NCBI GenBank assembly: GCA_010093815.1
Contig: ML996580.1
Direction: 5' to 3' (one strand)
Source: Pseudovirgaria hyperparasitica
Taxonomy: Eukaryota
DNA length: 64,000 bases
Shown in pieces: positions 11,743-23,295 of this stretch. Numbering within the stretch: position 1 is the stretch's first letter; every line of letters begins with the position of its first letter. A program made the translations under genes and the position numbers. The notes beneath the pieces are model-generated. The model was not told the DNA's origin, made no database searches, and saw only the letters and a program-made list of their open reading frames with translations.

Positions 11743-14700
11743 TCAGTTCCTCACAGTCATGTCCCAAACCCGAATCGTTTCCCCCTCCCATTCCCTTCTC
11801 CTCGGCTTATCCCCTTTCTCCCTACTTCCCATCCCCACCATGCACCTCCCAGTGCTGGCAAACAGCCTCACCAACTCCCTCATCCTTCCTACCTCCGCAA
11901 ATAGGTCCACAACCTCCTCACACTCATCGTCCGCCAACAATGCCGCTAGCTCCATGCTCATTGTCAAATACTGCCTTGTTAAAAGATGGCTGGCACTCTG
12001 GATCGTGCTAGCGTAAGCCAGGACAAGCTCGGGCACGTACACGGGTAGAATAAAGGGAAGGAGAGCTCTCAGGTTTGTTATGCGGCGTACGTCTACGGAA
12101 AAATGGGCCCCTAGCTCGGTCGTTGCGATGGATGAGGCAATGGAGACTGTAGCAGGACCGGCTGCGCTTGTGGGCGTTGCCGCGGTGGCTATTCCGTAAA
12201 GGGTATTTGTGGATTTCTTGAGAAAGGGATGGAGGATCTCGGAGATCGTGTCGAATACTTCTTTAAGGCTGGATTTATCGGTCGACGAGTTTTGTGCACC
12301 ATTACTAGATTGCGAGGTTAGTATATATAGGTAAGATGGGAGAGACCAGGTGCGCACGTAATAAATTCTTCTTCGATAGTAGCCCATTCGTGAAGAGCCC
12401 CGATAGCGAGGACGAGCTGCTGGAGGTCATAGGCTGCTTTTGAGTCCTGTTTTAGTATCTTCTTCGTTATAGTGATTTCAAGGGGCTCCGACTGGTCCAG
12501 AGCAACTCTGGGAGATCTTCGGCGTGAAAGAGATGGCCGTCGGAGAGAGTGCTCGTGCTCGCTTTCGGAAAGCGGCTCCGCAGTGCCATTCTCTTCCCAA
12601 AGCGTTATGTCGATGACTTCACCCTTAAGGAAATGTGGCGTCTTCTCAAGAGAGATCTCAGCGCAGGGCAGTTGTGTGCTCAGGGCAAATGCGGCAGAGA
12701 CTCGGCCGTATGCTGTGATTCAAGTTAATGTCTAGCTTGTCTAACCATGATTTTGCGTGCACCATACCTAAGAATCGTGCCAAAGCGTCCTCCAATGAGC
12801 TGAATATCAGCTTCCAAGTTTTCAGATGCAAAAACCAGTGCACAGCATCTATGACAGCACGTTCAGGAGGCTGAATATCCTCCTTGATGAAGCCCACACA
12901 GATCTTTTGACCGGGCCATTTATAATCAGTCGTTTTTTGAAGAATCTTGAATTCCGGGGTGGTAGGAGGGTTCACAATGTCAACATTACCAGCCACAGGC
13001 TCATCTTTGAGGCTGACTTTACTTCGTAATCCACATGACGCCAAGGCCATCTGATACTGTTTCTCCAGGATGAATTCAACATTGACACGATAGCGTGTCA
13101 TTAGCCGGACCATTCGTTTCTGATCTTCTTCACTCTTTATGTCCGGGAGAATGAGAGCCATAGTCCGACCAAGCCTGTTTGGCGACAGCTGCGCAGCGTA
13201 TAACGGGAGCAGATCTAGCTTTCGGGCACTCCGAAGAAGCTCCATATACCATACAATCAAATTCTCCATGGTCTTGATTTGAGCTGCGGGCCTCTTCGGG
13301 GCTTTAGAGGCATAGTACTCATCGAAGGCCAAATAAGCATGTAATAGAACGCGTAGAGCTTGCTCGTCTTCCGCAAACGACTCGTAGCCTTTTACTGGAA
13401 CTTCAGGAGTAAAGTATAGCTCCTTTCCCCTCGGATCGAGACAAGCAATCTCAGCTATAGCCGCACCGACGTCGCACATCAGTTGATCGAGACTATCGGT
13501 GAGGAGGCTGGCTTGGATCCTTTGAAGATTTGAAGGCTTCAAACTCGGTTCAGAGTTGATAATCTGTATCACGGTGTCATTGATCGGTATGGCGTTTCCA
13601 TAGAAGGCTCTCGAATTGAAACTTGGAAATTTTCGAGCAGCTGTAAGGCCAGGTGTCTGTGGGTATGCGACTTTGATGAAATGATCAAATCGGAACGACA
13701 GAATGCAATTGAAGTGTGCATAGAGATGGTCTTCCCACGTAGAACAAACGGGCCGTACTGAAGTGAGGTCGCCGCCAAGTAGTCCATAAACTGCACGCTC
13801 GTATATATTGTTCGATGCGTTTGCTGCCGCATGGCACATACGGCGCCAAAGAATTCCATGTGCCACAACGGAAGAACTCGGTTGGTCGTCCTCCTGGGTG
13901 ATGCCCAAGCTTACGCTGCGCCAGCCCTCGTTTCGTTCATTCATCCAGGATCTGATCTCGTCCAAACTCTTTCCACGTCTCAACAGCTGGTAGCTTACAA
14001 ACCACAGAAAGCGCTCTTGATATTCGTCAGAATCTTCCAGTATTCGGCTCTGTCTGGAAGGTGCGTCTGGGTCAAGCTGAGTAACCAGAAGTCCAGATTT
14101 GCTGGAGTTGAGTAGATCTGGCTGAGGACCCTCAGTATTGGTATGGCTCAAGGTTCCCATACGTTTTTCGCCCTTAATCCTCTCCTTTGTAGCCATCCAG
14201 CCATGTGTCCAACTGCCGTGTCCATGGTGCCCTCCATCGCCAAGCTTTTCGAATTGTTCGCCCAATTTTTCGATTCTTTCGCCATTTTTATCGGCGGTTT
14301 CTTGGAGCCATTTTAACACGAGACTCTTTTCCTTGGCATCTTCGTCATGCAGCATGAACTGGTCCCAAACGTCTTGGCGAGAGCTATACCTGTGTAACTC
14401 TTTTGGCTGTTGGGGAGCCTCTTTACCCGCAGTGGCGTCAGATAGTCTATGGGAAAGTATGAGAAGTGCAAGGTCCCATGTATCTACCTCTCCCTCCCAT
14501 TTTTGTACGTTGTTCAAGTGATCACCTTGGCCTCCACCCGCAGTATCTTCTAGCACTGAAACGTCTTCGAAAAGACCTTCTCGCAGAGAGATCAACCTTT
14601 GGGTTGTGGAAACTCGAGCGCCGGTGTCTTCTTTGATAGATCGCTGTTTCAATGGCTTCGATATAGCTTTTGCTTCGTCTCTGAACCGTGTCACCATCGT

Positions 14701-15223
14701 GCCGGGTGATTTCCCCTCCGAGCCTGGTGTGCGTTCCGTCCCATACCCGAGCCAAAGGTCAAGTCGCTCAGCGAATTTCTCGACCTCTTTGCCAACGCGG
14801 TCTGCCATGTTGCGCAGAGGCGTAATTGCGTCGTCGTGATCGGCCTCGATTGAAGGATGGAGAGCGCGGGCTGAGCCTGAGATACAGTGAATTTCTGCAA
14901 GATTAATGTTTCATTTACAACCCTTACCTATATTTTTTGCATTATGGACTTGAGACTAAGTGTGGAGTCAGTGCAACTAATTACAGGTACCCAATCGCGA
15001 ATCGCGAAATGACGAGAGAAATCAGACACGTACTTCGAGAAGATCCCAACTACTTGCACGTTTGTGTCGCGACTGGAGTAGTTTCATCAGTAATGGTTCC
15101 ATCAAACGACAGACAACAGCTCTAGACGTCTAGGTTGCTTGCATGCATTGAGATAGCGGTTGAACTGACCTTGTTACCGACCAAGCCGTCGCCAGAAGCT
15201 TGGTGACGTGTGACTGGCGCCAT
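11743..15223 (-). CDS. NUP84: Nuclear pore Y-complex nucleoporin Nup84/Nup107, multi-exon
   Basis: Motifs LVTQLDPDAPSRQ, QLLRRG, NEGWRSVSL, LWRRMC, YERAVYGLLGGD, CSTWEDHLYAHFN and C-terminal YVPELVLAY..GRMRELV..GETIRVW. Three small 5' exons were inferred from splice signals, so the start is less certain. Confidence 0.88.
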
Positions 15224-16670
15224 TCTGAGAGGTATTAATGTAAAGGAGCAGATCGTATCTGTAGCTCAGACGTGAGCCAGAGAAGCGCGACAAGATGGAA
15301 CTCAAACAAAGCTTCAGCAATGAGCCATCAACCCTTGGCACTACACGGAGCGACCCAAATGGAGTCTAGTGCGTAATTCTCGCTTGCCGCAAAAGCCTTT
15401 AAAAACTATTCTGACCCGCGTCCTCGCTTTCTTTTCTTCTTCAACAATGTCTTATAGGTTTTCATTAGAGTCTCGGTATAGACATTACTCCATGTTTATG
15501 CAGGTCCTTCGCGGCCTCTTTGCGCGCTCACGATTGCCTGAGAGTAACAGCATCGCCCTCGTTGAATTCCACTCATTTCTCCCTTGAGCTTGGTACGCGG
15601 CGGGAATGCAACATTCATTCATTTATCTACAAGCTGTTTCAAGTCCGAAAGATCACACACCTTGGCTTCGCTGCTTCATCTTCAATCTGCCACCAACATC
15701 AGTCGGCGGGTTGCTTGACCAACCAGGCAGAAGCTGGCGTAAAGAGAAGTACATACCTCAAAAGCGATGCCTTTGGGCACGATACCGTGCTTGCCTCGTC
15801 GCCATGGTCTTTGTAAAACTGGTTGCAACACGCGTAGAGTGCGTCAATCTGTAGCGAGAGATTCTGTCAAAGACGCAGGTCCATTTGTAAGATACTTCAA
15901 TGGCCACTTACTTCTTTTTGACATTTACCCTCCTTGAATCCAGATTTTTGCAAACAATCTGGATTAGAAATGCGTCAGACTCGTTCGGTTTGGTTCTTTA
16001 GCCTGTATGAGTTACTCTGAATAGCACACGCTCTTGGATGACACGGCGAATCCGTCTTCAGGTCATCTGCGAGGGCCTGGTGCATTTAGCCAGGAAGACG
16101 AATGTAACTGCGTAATGACTGTGTACCATGATGTCAGTGCCTATGAAACCACGTCGGTGAGAAAGGCAGACTGCCTAGAAACTCCTGGGTGCACCGGCGT
16201 AATTGCTACAGCTCTTTTAAAGCGAGTAGCTCATTTGATGTCCTGCGGATATAGTAGAGTGCATTCGTGTTACACACTTCACTTGTTCACTTCTTGTCAA
16301 GTCGCGGCTTACTAATCCCACCCACCTAATACCTAAAACCCCACTCGTCTACTCCACTTCCACCTTCTACAGATTTCCGACAACTTGACACCACGATCAA
16401 CCGCCGTTACCCTCCTCAGTCCTTGATATAGGGCCATAAAAGTTGCTACGATTTCTTCTTGCGCGGCGTCACGCTCAAGGTGAGCCTTGACCTTGAGCCC
16501 AGGGCGCATTGTTCATATAAGCTTGCTTTAGTTGCCTTCGTGCTTGCACTGCTTGTCAAATCTTTACTCGAACACTTTGCTCACTATCCTTTAGACCTAA
16601 CTCGCCTACAGTACTCTTCTGAATCGATTTCCGCAAACCTAAACTCCCACGAGTACGTGCAAAGAGCACT

Positions 16671-17005
16671 ATGTCTGATAACGGATCGCCCCCGAAGCCA
16701 GAAGGCCCTGCTCAGACCGAGCATCTCAATATCAAAGTTACGGATAACAACAATGAGGTCTTCTTCAAGATTAAGCGCACTACCCAACTCAAAAAACTTA
16801 TGGAAGCGTTCTGCGATCGTCAAGGCAAATCGCCACAGAGTGTGCGTTTCCTTTACGACGGTCAGCGTGTGCAGGGTACCGACGATCCAGAGACTGTAAG
16901 TCATCAAGTCCACTCGATACATGAAGTTGGTCTAATCTTGGTATGTAGCTTGATATGCAAGACGGCGATACTCTTGAGGTGCATCAGGAGCAAATCGGAG
17001 GTTGA
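16671..17005 (+). CDS. SMT3: SUMO (small ubiquitin-like modifier), 2 coding exons
   Basis: EHLNIKVTDNNNEVFFKIKRTTQLKKLMEAFCDRQGK..VRFLYDGQRV. Intron 16896-16948. Exon 2 is LDMQDGDTLEVHQEQIGG*. Likely 5'UTR intron from 16480 (GTGAGC) to 16594 or 16611. Confidence 0.97.
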
Positions 17006-17610
17006 ACTGGGTCCACTTGAGACTGGGAGGCCATCGGTGTCTTAGTGAACTTCATGCGAACATGATTATACGACCATTGTTGATGTTGGTACTCACCGAT
17101 CAACTACGAGTGGCTTGGGCTGCATATGATAAGGTATTCATGACTCCATGAACACTGCTGGAAATGGCCAATATGGGAAACAACTTTATCGAATTATCCT
17201 TACTCTACCTGGGGTAATATGCTAATCATATAATCTGCTTGTCAAAACTCAACAGATACCCAGGCGAAAGCGGCGTTGTGGGCCTGTCGCCTTCAAGCGA
17301 CATTCACCAAATCCTTTAGATGTCTTTTTCGCATATGTAATATTCAAGCCCGTCACTCCAGTTTGGCTTCAATTTGTCTTTTTTAATATCTCCACACGGT
17401 GAATACTGCGTTGGCATGGTAAGGACGATGTCTTTGCTGAACAGGTATAATTGAAACATTTAAACTGCGATGACGACGGCCTTGGAATCTCGGAGTCATG
17501 TGACAGCGCGTTAAGCCCCACCTACCTGTTTACCCCTCGATCCATCCAAAAGACATAGAGTTCAAAGTCACCATCATAGGCGGGTATCTTAAATAGACAC
17601 CATTCCTGAT

Positions 17611-19440
17611 ATGCTTCACGAAATCCTACTTGCTCTAACAGGCTATAGGTCAGCTCTGTTCGACTCACTTGGAGACTTCGACGCGCACCTTAGCCCATCG
17701 GAGTATGAACTCTTGACGCGACTCAGACAACTAGCAGTTCTACATTCACAAACTCGACAACATGCACAACGTATTGCAGATATACATCCGTCAATCATCT
17801 GTAGGGCTACAGCGTCTTCCGTGAACTCGGTGCAACTAGCAAAATTTCGCACCAAGATTGTCGAGGTCGAAGCGAAGATCTTGACGAGAGATACCGACAT
17901 TGTCGGCGCATACAATATAGTTCCGCTTGCACTTCTCGTCTCCGAGTTCAAGCAATATACCAAACTACTCAAATGGCTATGGAGTCTGGTTCGACGAATC
18001 GCTCCAGAAGATTTCCAGTCACACGATGCCAACCTCATGTCTGGCTCCGAGCTCATGGATAACCTAAGGCAAGAAGCGGTGACTGGATATCCTGAGCTTG
18101 AGACGGCTTCAAAGGAACTTTCGGTCGTTGCTGAAGCTGCGTGGGTAAAACAATTGTCCAGCTGGGTCTTATACGGGCAAATTCCAACATTCGGATCCTC
18201 AGACTTTGCTATTCAGATTGCATCAGAACCAGCGAACGGAGGGTTTGAACTCGTAAGCCAACTTCTGCCTCGATTCGTAACAGATGACACTGCCCAGGCG
18301 ATATTGTTTGTCGGGAAAGTGCGCAACCTTCTAGGTGCGTCAGCCAAAAGTGATCCAAAGCTTCTAGTCGATCACGTCAAATCTCTATCTAGATTCTGTA
18401 TTTCCAACTCCCCGTCAGATCTGACCGCTGGCGTTGCGGAGATCAGGCTCTCCCTCTCCAGTAACATACTGCACAATGTCCTCCCCCTCGCTCAAATCAG
18501 AAACATTCTCACGCTCTTATACGACTTTCTCCTTCTTGGGAACTCCGATTTCGCGCCAACCCTTGTCGCACACGCGGACCTTATGCGCAAATCCTTACCA
18601 AAAGAGAGCATCGCCAACGACATTTTGAACCGTACATGGAACTCGCTCGCACGAAACATCGACGACGACACCATCTCCACAGCGAAGCTTAGCATCCGAC
18701 TAACAATGCAGAAGCCCGCAAACCTACACCATCAAAACTCCGCAAGCCTAGACTTCTCCGATTTCCTCCTCGCCTTCCCCACGTTCCTCGTACTTGACTG
18801 CCACCCCCCGTTCGACCTTTTCATGCAAGATGCCTCGGCATATATCCAAATGCACGCTTTTCTCCTTGCCATGCGGCGCGCCCGCCTCCATCTCTCCAGC
18901 CTCTGGACACATGACGGGCTCCGCCGGCATGGCCCTCCTCTTCGTGCCATGTGGGCGACTGCCAAAGCTGCACTTGGCTTGCTCTGCCACCTAAGCGCGT
19001 ACTTCGAAGGTGACGTCGTGGGCGAACTATGGCAGCAATTCATGGCCTTCACTTCCGACTCTGCAAACCTGAACTTCGAACTCCTGCAAGACCGGCATCG
19101 TCAACTGCTAGACCTCCTCACCTCCCACCTTCTGCTGCCTGACACGGCATTCATTAAGTGTGCTCGCGAGTTTCTGCAGCATTGTGATCTGTTCAATAAT
19201 ACCTGGCGTGCGGACGCTGCGAGGGCGCAGTATGATGGCGTGGGGTTGGATCGGTGCAGGAAGATGCTTGATTTCAGTATGAAAAAGGTCGTCAGTAGAC
19301 TGAGGCAGATCGATACGAGTCGTGTGGATGTACCGGATGGTGTGTTGAAGTGTGGCGGTGTAGATCGGTTGTTGCTGAAATTAAATTTCGATTCTGGGGA
19401 GGCGGCAGATGAGACGCAGGATTTGATTTCGCTAGGATGA
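17611..19440 (+). CDS. GCP4: Gamma-tubulin ring complex component, GCP4-like (Spc97/Spc98 family)
   Basis: 609-aa single-exon ORF beginning MLHEILLALTGY, with WVKQLSSWVLYG, AILFVGK, YDFLLLG and YIQMHAFLLAMRR (GRIP1/GRIP2 pattern). Confidence 0.85.
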   Translation: MLHEILLALTGYRSALFDSLGDFDAHLSPSEYELLTRLRQLAVLHSQTRQHAQRIADIHPSIICRATASSVNSVQLAKFRTKIVEVEAKILTRDTDIVGAYNIVPLALLVSEFKQYTKLLKWLWSLVRRIAPEDFQSHDANLMSGSELMDNLRQEAVTGYPELETASKELSVVAEAAWVKQLSSWVLYGQIPTFGSSDFAIQIASEPANGGFELVSQLLPRFVTDDTAQAILFVGKVRNLLGASAKSDPKLLVDHVKSLSRFCISNSPSDLTAGVAEIRLSLSSNILHNVLPLAQIRNILTLLYDFLLLGNSDFAPTLVAHADLMRKSLPKESIANDILNRTWNSLARNIDDDTISTAKLSIRLTMQKPANLHHQNSASLDFSDFLLAFPTFLVLDCHPPFDLFMQDASAYIQMHAFLLAMRRARLHLSSLWTHDGLRRHGPPLRAMWATAKAALGLLCHLSAYFEGDVVGELWQQFMAFTSDSANLNFELLQDRHRQLLDLLTSHLLLPDTAFIKCAREFLQHCDLFNNTWRADAARAQYDGVGLDRCRKMLDFSMKKVVSRLRQIDTSRVDVPDGVLKCGGVDRLLLKLNFDSGEAADETQDLISLG

Positions 19441-20198
19441 AGGCGATGAAAATGACGTTCATGCAATATTTTTCCGCTGGACTTGGCTGTAGTATGTCCA
19501 GAGCTTTGGGGTCCAGTCAGTGGTCGCCTCGTGCGCCACGTTACACAGAGGGCCTCTTGGTGCACGAACAATATATCATTGTTCCACAGCAAGTGAGGAT
19601 GAAACGCCTGTCTCTAACGATGCAGCTGAGATCGAAGCGTCAACTACCTTTTAACGTATCTTTACCGTCATACGTAATGTTAGAAGATATACTTGATCAA
19701 CTATAGGATTCCATGAATTCAGGTAATCGGGATTAGAACGCGTAAATCTAATTACTAGCGCGAAGTCTAGATTACCCAATCACCTTGACCAGAGCAGCCT
19801 AAAGAATGAATAGGAGGCTTCGACACCGTATGATTGTATCTGTCTTTGTCTGATCCGTCGGGACATCCGCATAGGCCAGTGGTTCCTTGCTTGCTAATGT
19901 GAACGTTGTTCTACAGGACGTCACAACACGATACCCTGTGCCGAGATGTTGTAACGAAAGCCGTCTGCATGAGCGAATACATGATTGACTTCATGAAAGA
20001 AGTGGGTAATGAATGTGAGCAAGTGCTACGTGCTGGATGAGCAGTGGTTTCTATCTGGAACTCATTTTCGATAAAAACATGCCTTCTGTGCAACACTTTA
20101 TGCCGTTTATGCGACCATCTTAGATCTGACCTCTTGTAGTGTTCTACACTGTACCCTCTCCAGCACTCGTTCAAACTATTTCACCTATCCGAAAGACT

Positions 20199-22602
20199 TC
20201 ACGACCCTACCTTTCCATAGTCAATATCCAAAATCTCGGCCGCTCTTAAAATTGCGTTGGCAGACTTCTGGATCCACTCCTCTGCCTGCGCCAAATCGCC
20301 GCTTTCGACACCTTCAGTAATGGGAGGAAACACACTAGACACTTTAGCAAGGATGTGAAAGAAATATTCTTGTACGTACACCGCGCCATACCCATTGTCC
20401 AACCCGGGAGCGGAGAGAACATTGCGAAATGTATTCCTGCTAGGTAAGCCTCCCTGACTCACAAACCCGCGCTGAAAGTCGCGATACTTGCTATTGATGA
20501 CCTGAATGATAGCTGTATCGTTTAGCATCTGCGCAGTCTGCCCAGCAGAGGTAATCTGTGCAGCCTTCTCCCCAAATGTGCCTATGGCGTCGCGGAGCGG
20601 TGTAGTGTTAAGGTCAACATTGGCGTCAGCGATAGTCTCCAGGAGCTCGTTATAATAATCCTGGAGAACATTTTCGTAGTTTGGTAGATCATATGGGAGT
20701 ATACGCGAATCAGCGATTGTATACGTCAGAAGTGACATGAACTGGCCCATTGCGGTATGTACATGGAAACCTGGGTCACCAAAATTGACCATCCAGTGGA
20801 ATGTGTCATAGTTGGAATGGTAATGATAGACGGGATCAGTGGGCCCTGCATCGGAGGAGATGTCCAGGGCGGATATGCCATTGTGCCAGAATGCTGCGTA
20901 GTCAGAGCCAGATCCGAGTGGTGGAATATAACCTTCAGTATAGTTGCGCCATGAGTCATACAGCGTAGGGCCAACACCATAACCCTCGGGGTACAAGATC
21001 TTTTTCATGGTTTCAGTGGCGATTGTTTGCAGATCACCAGTGCCGCTCAATCCAGTTCTGGGACCACCGACACCGATATCGATGTTAAGGTAGGAGACAG
21101 ATACACTCGTCAACCATGGCAAATGACTCTCTACCCATTCGGTTGAGCCCTGGAGGCCGAATTCCTCTGCATCCCAGCTGGCCAAAAGTATCGTACGTTT
21201 TGGCTTCCACCCTTGTGCTAAGAGCTTCCCAAAAGCCCGAGACATCTCAATGAGAATTGCACTGCCAGAGTTGGGATCAGCCGCACCGCCGATGACCCAT
21301 GCATCTCGATGATTGCCTACAATGACAACCTCATCCTGCGACGTTCCGTTGATGACGCCGATGACATTCCATACTGGTGTAATAGAGCTCTTCATAAAGT
21401 GAGTTATATTAATTGTCACACCTGGAGCTGGACCAGAAAAGTACTCAACGTCTTCAAGGTGACCAACGTAGGAACTACGATTGACCTTTTGTCCTGAGAA
21501 ACCGTGGCCGTTGAGAGCACCCAAGATCTTCACTGCGTCTATCATGCTGACAGGTATGCTGGGTATGGATGGTGTATACGGCGTAGTATCTCCTCTGGGT
21601 GCTCCCGGGCCTGATGCGTAGCCCACTGTCGTTGGGTCTCCGGAGTAAAGAGAACTGAAACGCACACTACCTCGCTGAATTGAAGATGGCTGTCTCGCGG
21701 GTCCATCTACTCTCGTCAGGGATATGTCATTGGCGTAGAGATCCTCGAGAACTTACTCGGGTATGCAGCATATCCGTTCTTTGTGGTTATTTCTCCATCA
21801 TCCAGCGAGTCTGTAAAGAGGACTGCACCCGCCATACCATTGTCTTGTGCATTCTTGACCTTTATACCACGATAGATACCTCCATACATGGCAACTGCAA
21901 CCTTCCCCTCAAGCTCTATGCCAAGCTCCCTGAGTCTGTTGAAGTCTCCTTGAGCGCCTCGTCTGAACTTGTCGTGAGCCTAGCACGGGATTGAAATTGA
22001 CTAACCTACCCAACATAGACGTATTCCGCAATGACCTTACCAGAAGCTGACATGGCATGGAATGCTGGGATTCTGTTCGGGAATGAAGTTGTGTCGTCTT
22101 CAACTAACACATCCTCAATTAGATTTGCGTTGTGGACGGAGCTATTTGTGTATCTGATGGCTAATGAACTATGCTGGGGGTACGTCGTATATACTGGGAT
22201 CTCATACAACGATGCGTTGAGCCCGTTTTCATTCCAGCGATCAGCCGTCCATTGGGCCATGGACTTGTTGTGGCCTGTAAAAGAATGGTCAGTGTTTGTA
22301 TCAACAAGGAGTAGAGCACTACCTCCAAGATGATCACCATGAGTATAGTAGTACGCCCAGTCTGATATAGAGTTGTTGTCAAAGGACTTTTGAGTAAATG
22401 ATCAGCGTAGACTCAGCGTGGTGATGACCTGGGTGCTTACATTAACGAGAATCTGCTCTGCATCTGACAGCACTGGCGGGTACTCAACCTGTCGTTTAGC
22501 TAGCCTTTGAAGCTTCTTTGCTCTTGGGTTGTGTATCCAGTCATGCCTACAAGCTATAGCCGTTGTAGAGATACAAATTATTGCCGTTCCTGAGAGTCGC
22601 AT
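20199..22602 (-). CDS. Secreted M28B peptidase (glutamate carboxypeptidase II/transferrin receptor-like, PA domain), about 6 exons
   Basis: Signal peptide; PA domain YGGIYRGIKVKNAQ; Zn-site motifs VGNHRDAW, GAADPNSG, SWDAEEFGLQGSTEW, YLNID, GSGSDY and YHYHSNYD. All exons join in frame. Confidence 0.92.
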
Positions 22603-23295
22603 CTTGGGTCATGACACGTTTTTCGACAATTGAAATAGGGGTTATCATCGTGAGCACCTGCGCCGAGTCATCCCTCCTCTTATGAAACAGCGAGCATACA
22701 TCTTCTGAAAGCTCGGTTAGGCCCTCGCTGCGTAGGAGTCCAGGCATAACAAACGCTGTGTGATGACGTCCTGCTCTGAGCTTGATAGAGCGGCTCATCG
22801 AGCTTTGTGAATTTGACCTTCCATATTGGTATAGCTAAGGCGGGGATCCTGTCGGTCGCAAAGCCTTTTCGAGGTCAGAAGTGGTGTCATCTTGACGAAG
22901 CGCGGGGATATGTCGTGGCAATTGTGCTGATGCGAGAATCTCTTGGTCCGTGCAAGCTAGGGGTGCTTGCAGATTGAAACAAATAAATGTGGCTAGATAT
23001 GCATATACGAACACTTGGCACAGTATATGCATCAGCGGTAACGGCTAGGTTGTCAAAAGTGTATGCATGTACTCCGCTAGAGTTCTGATACGCGGAGCAT
23101 GATATTGTACGCTTTCTTCGTCATGATATAGCTTTCTCTGAGGCTTTGGCGCTATTCTTATAACTCTTTGATCAACTTATAGATCTCCGGTCTTGATTTG
23201 TCAACAGTGGTAAAGGAGTGTACAATGCTTTTTCTGGCTTCCTCCCATGGCTAGCCATAGCTTCAAAGTGATATTTCTCCGGGTTTTGACTGTTC

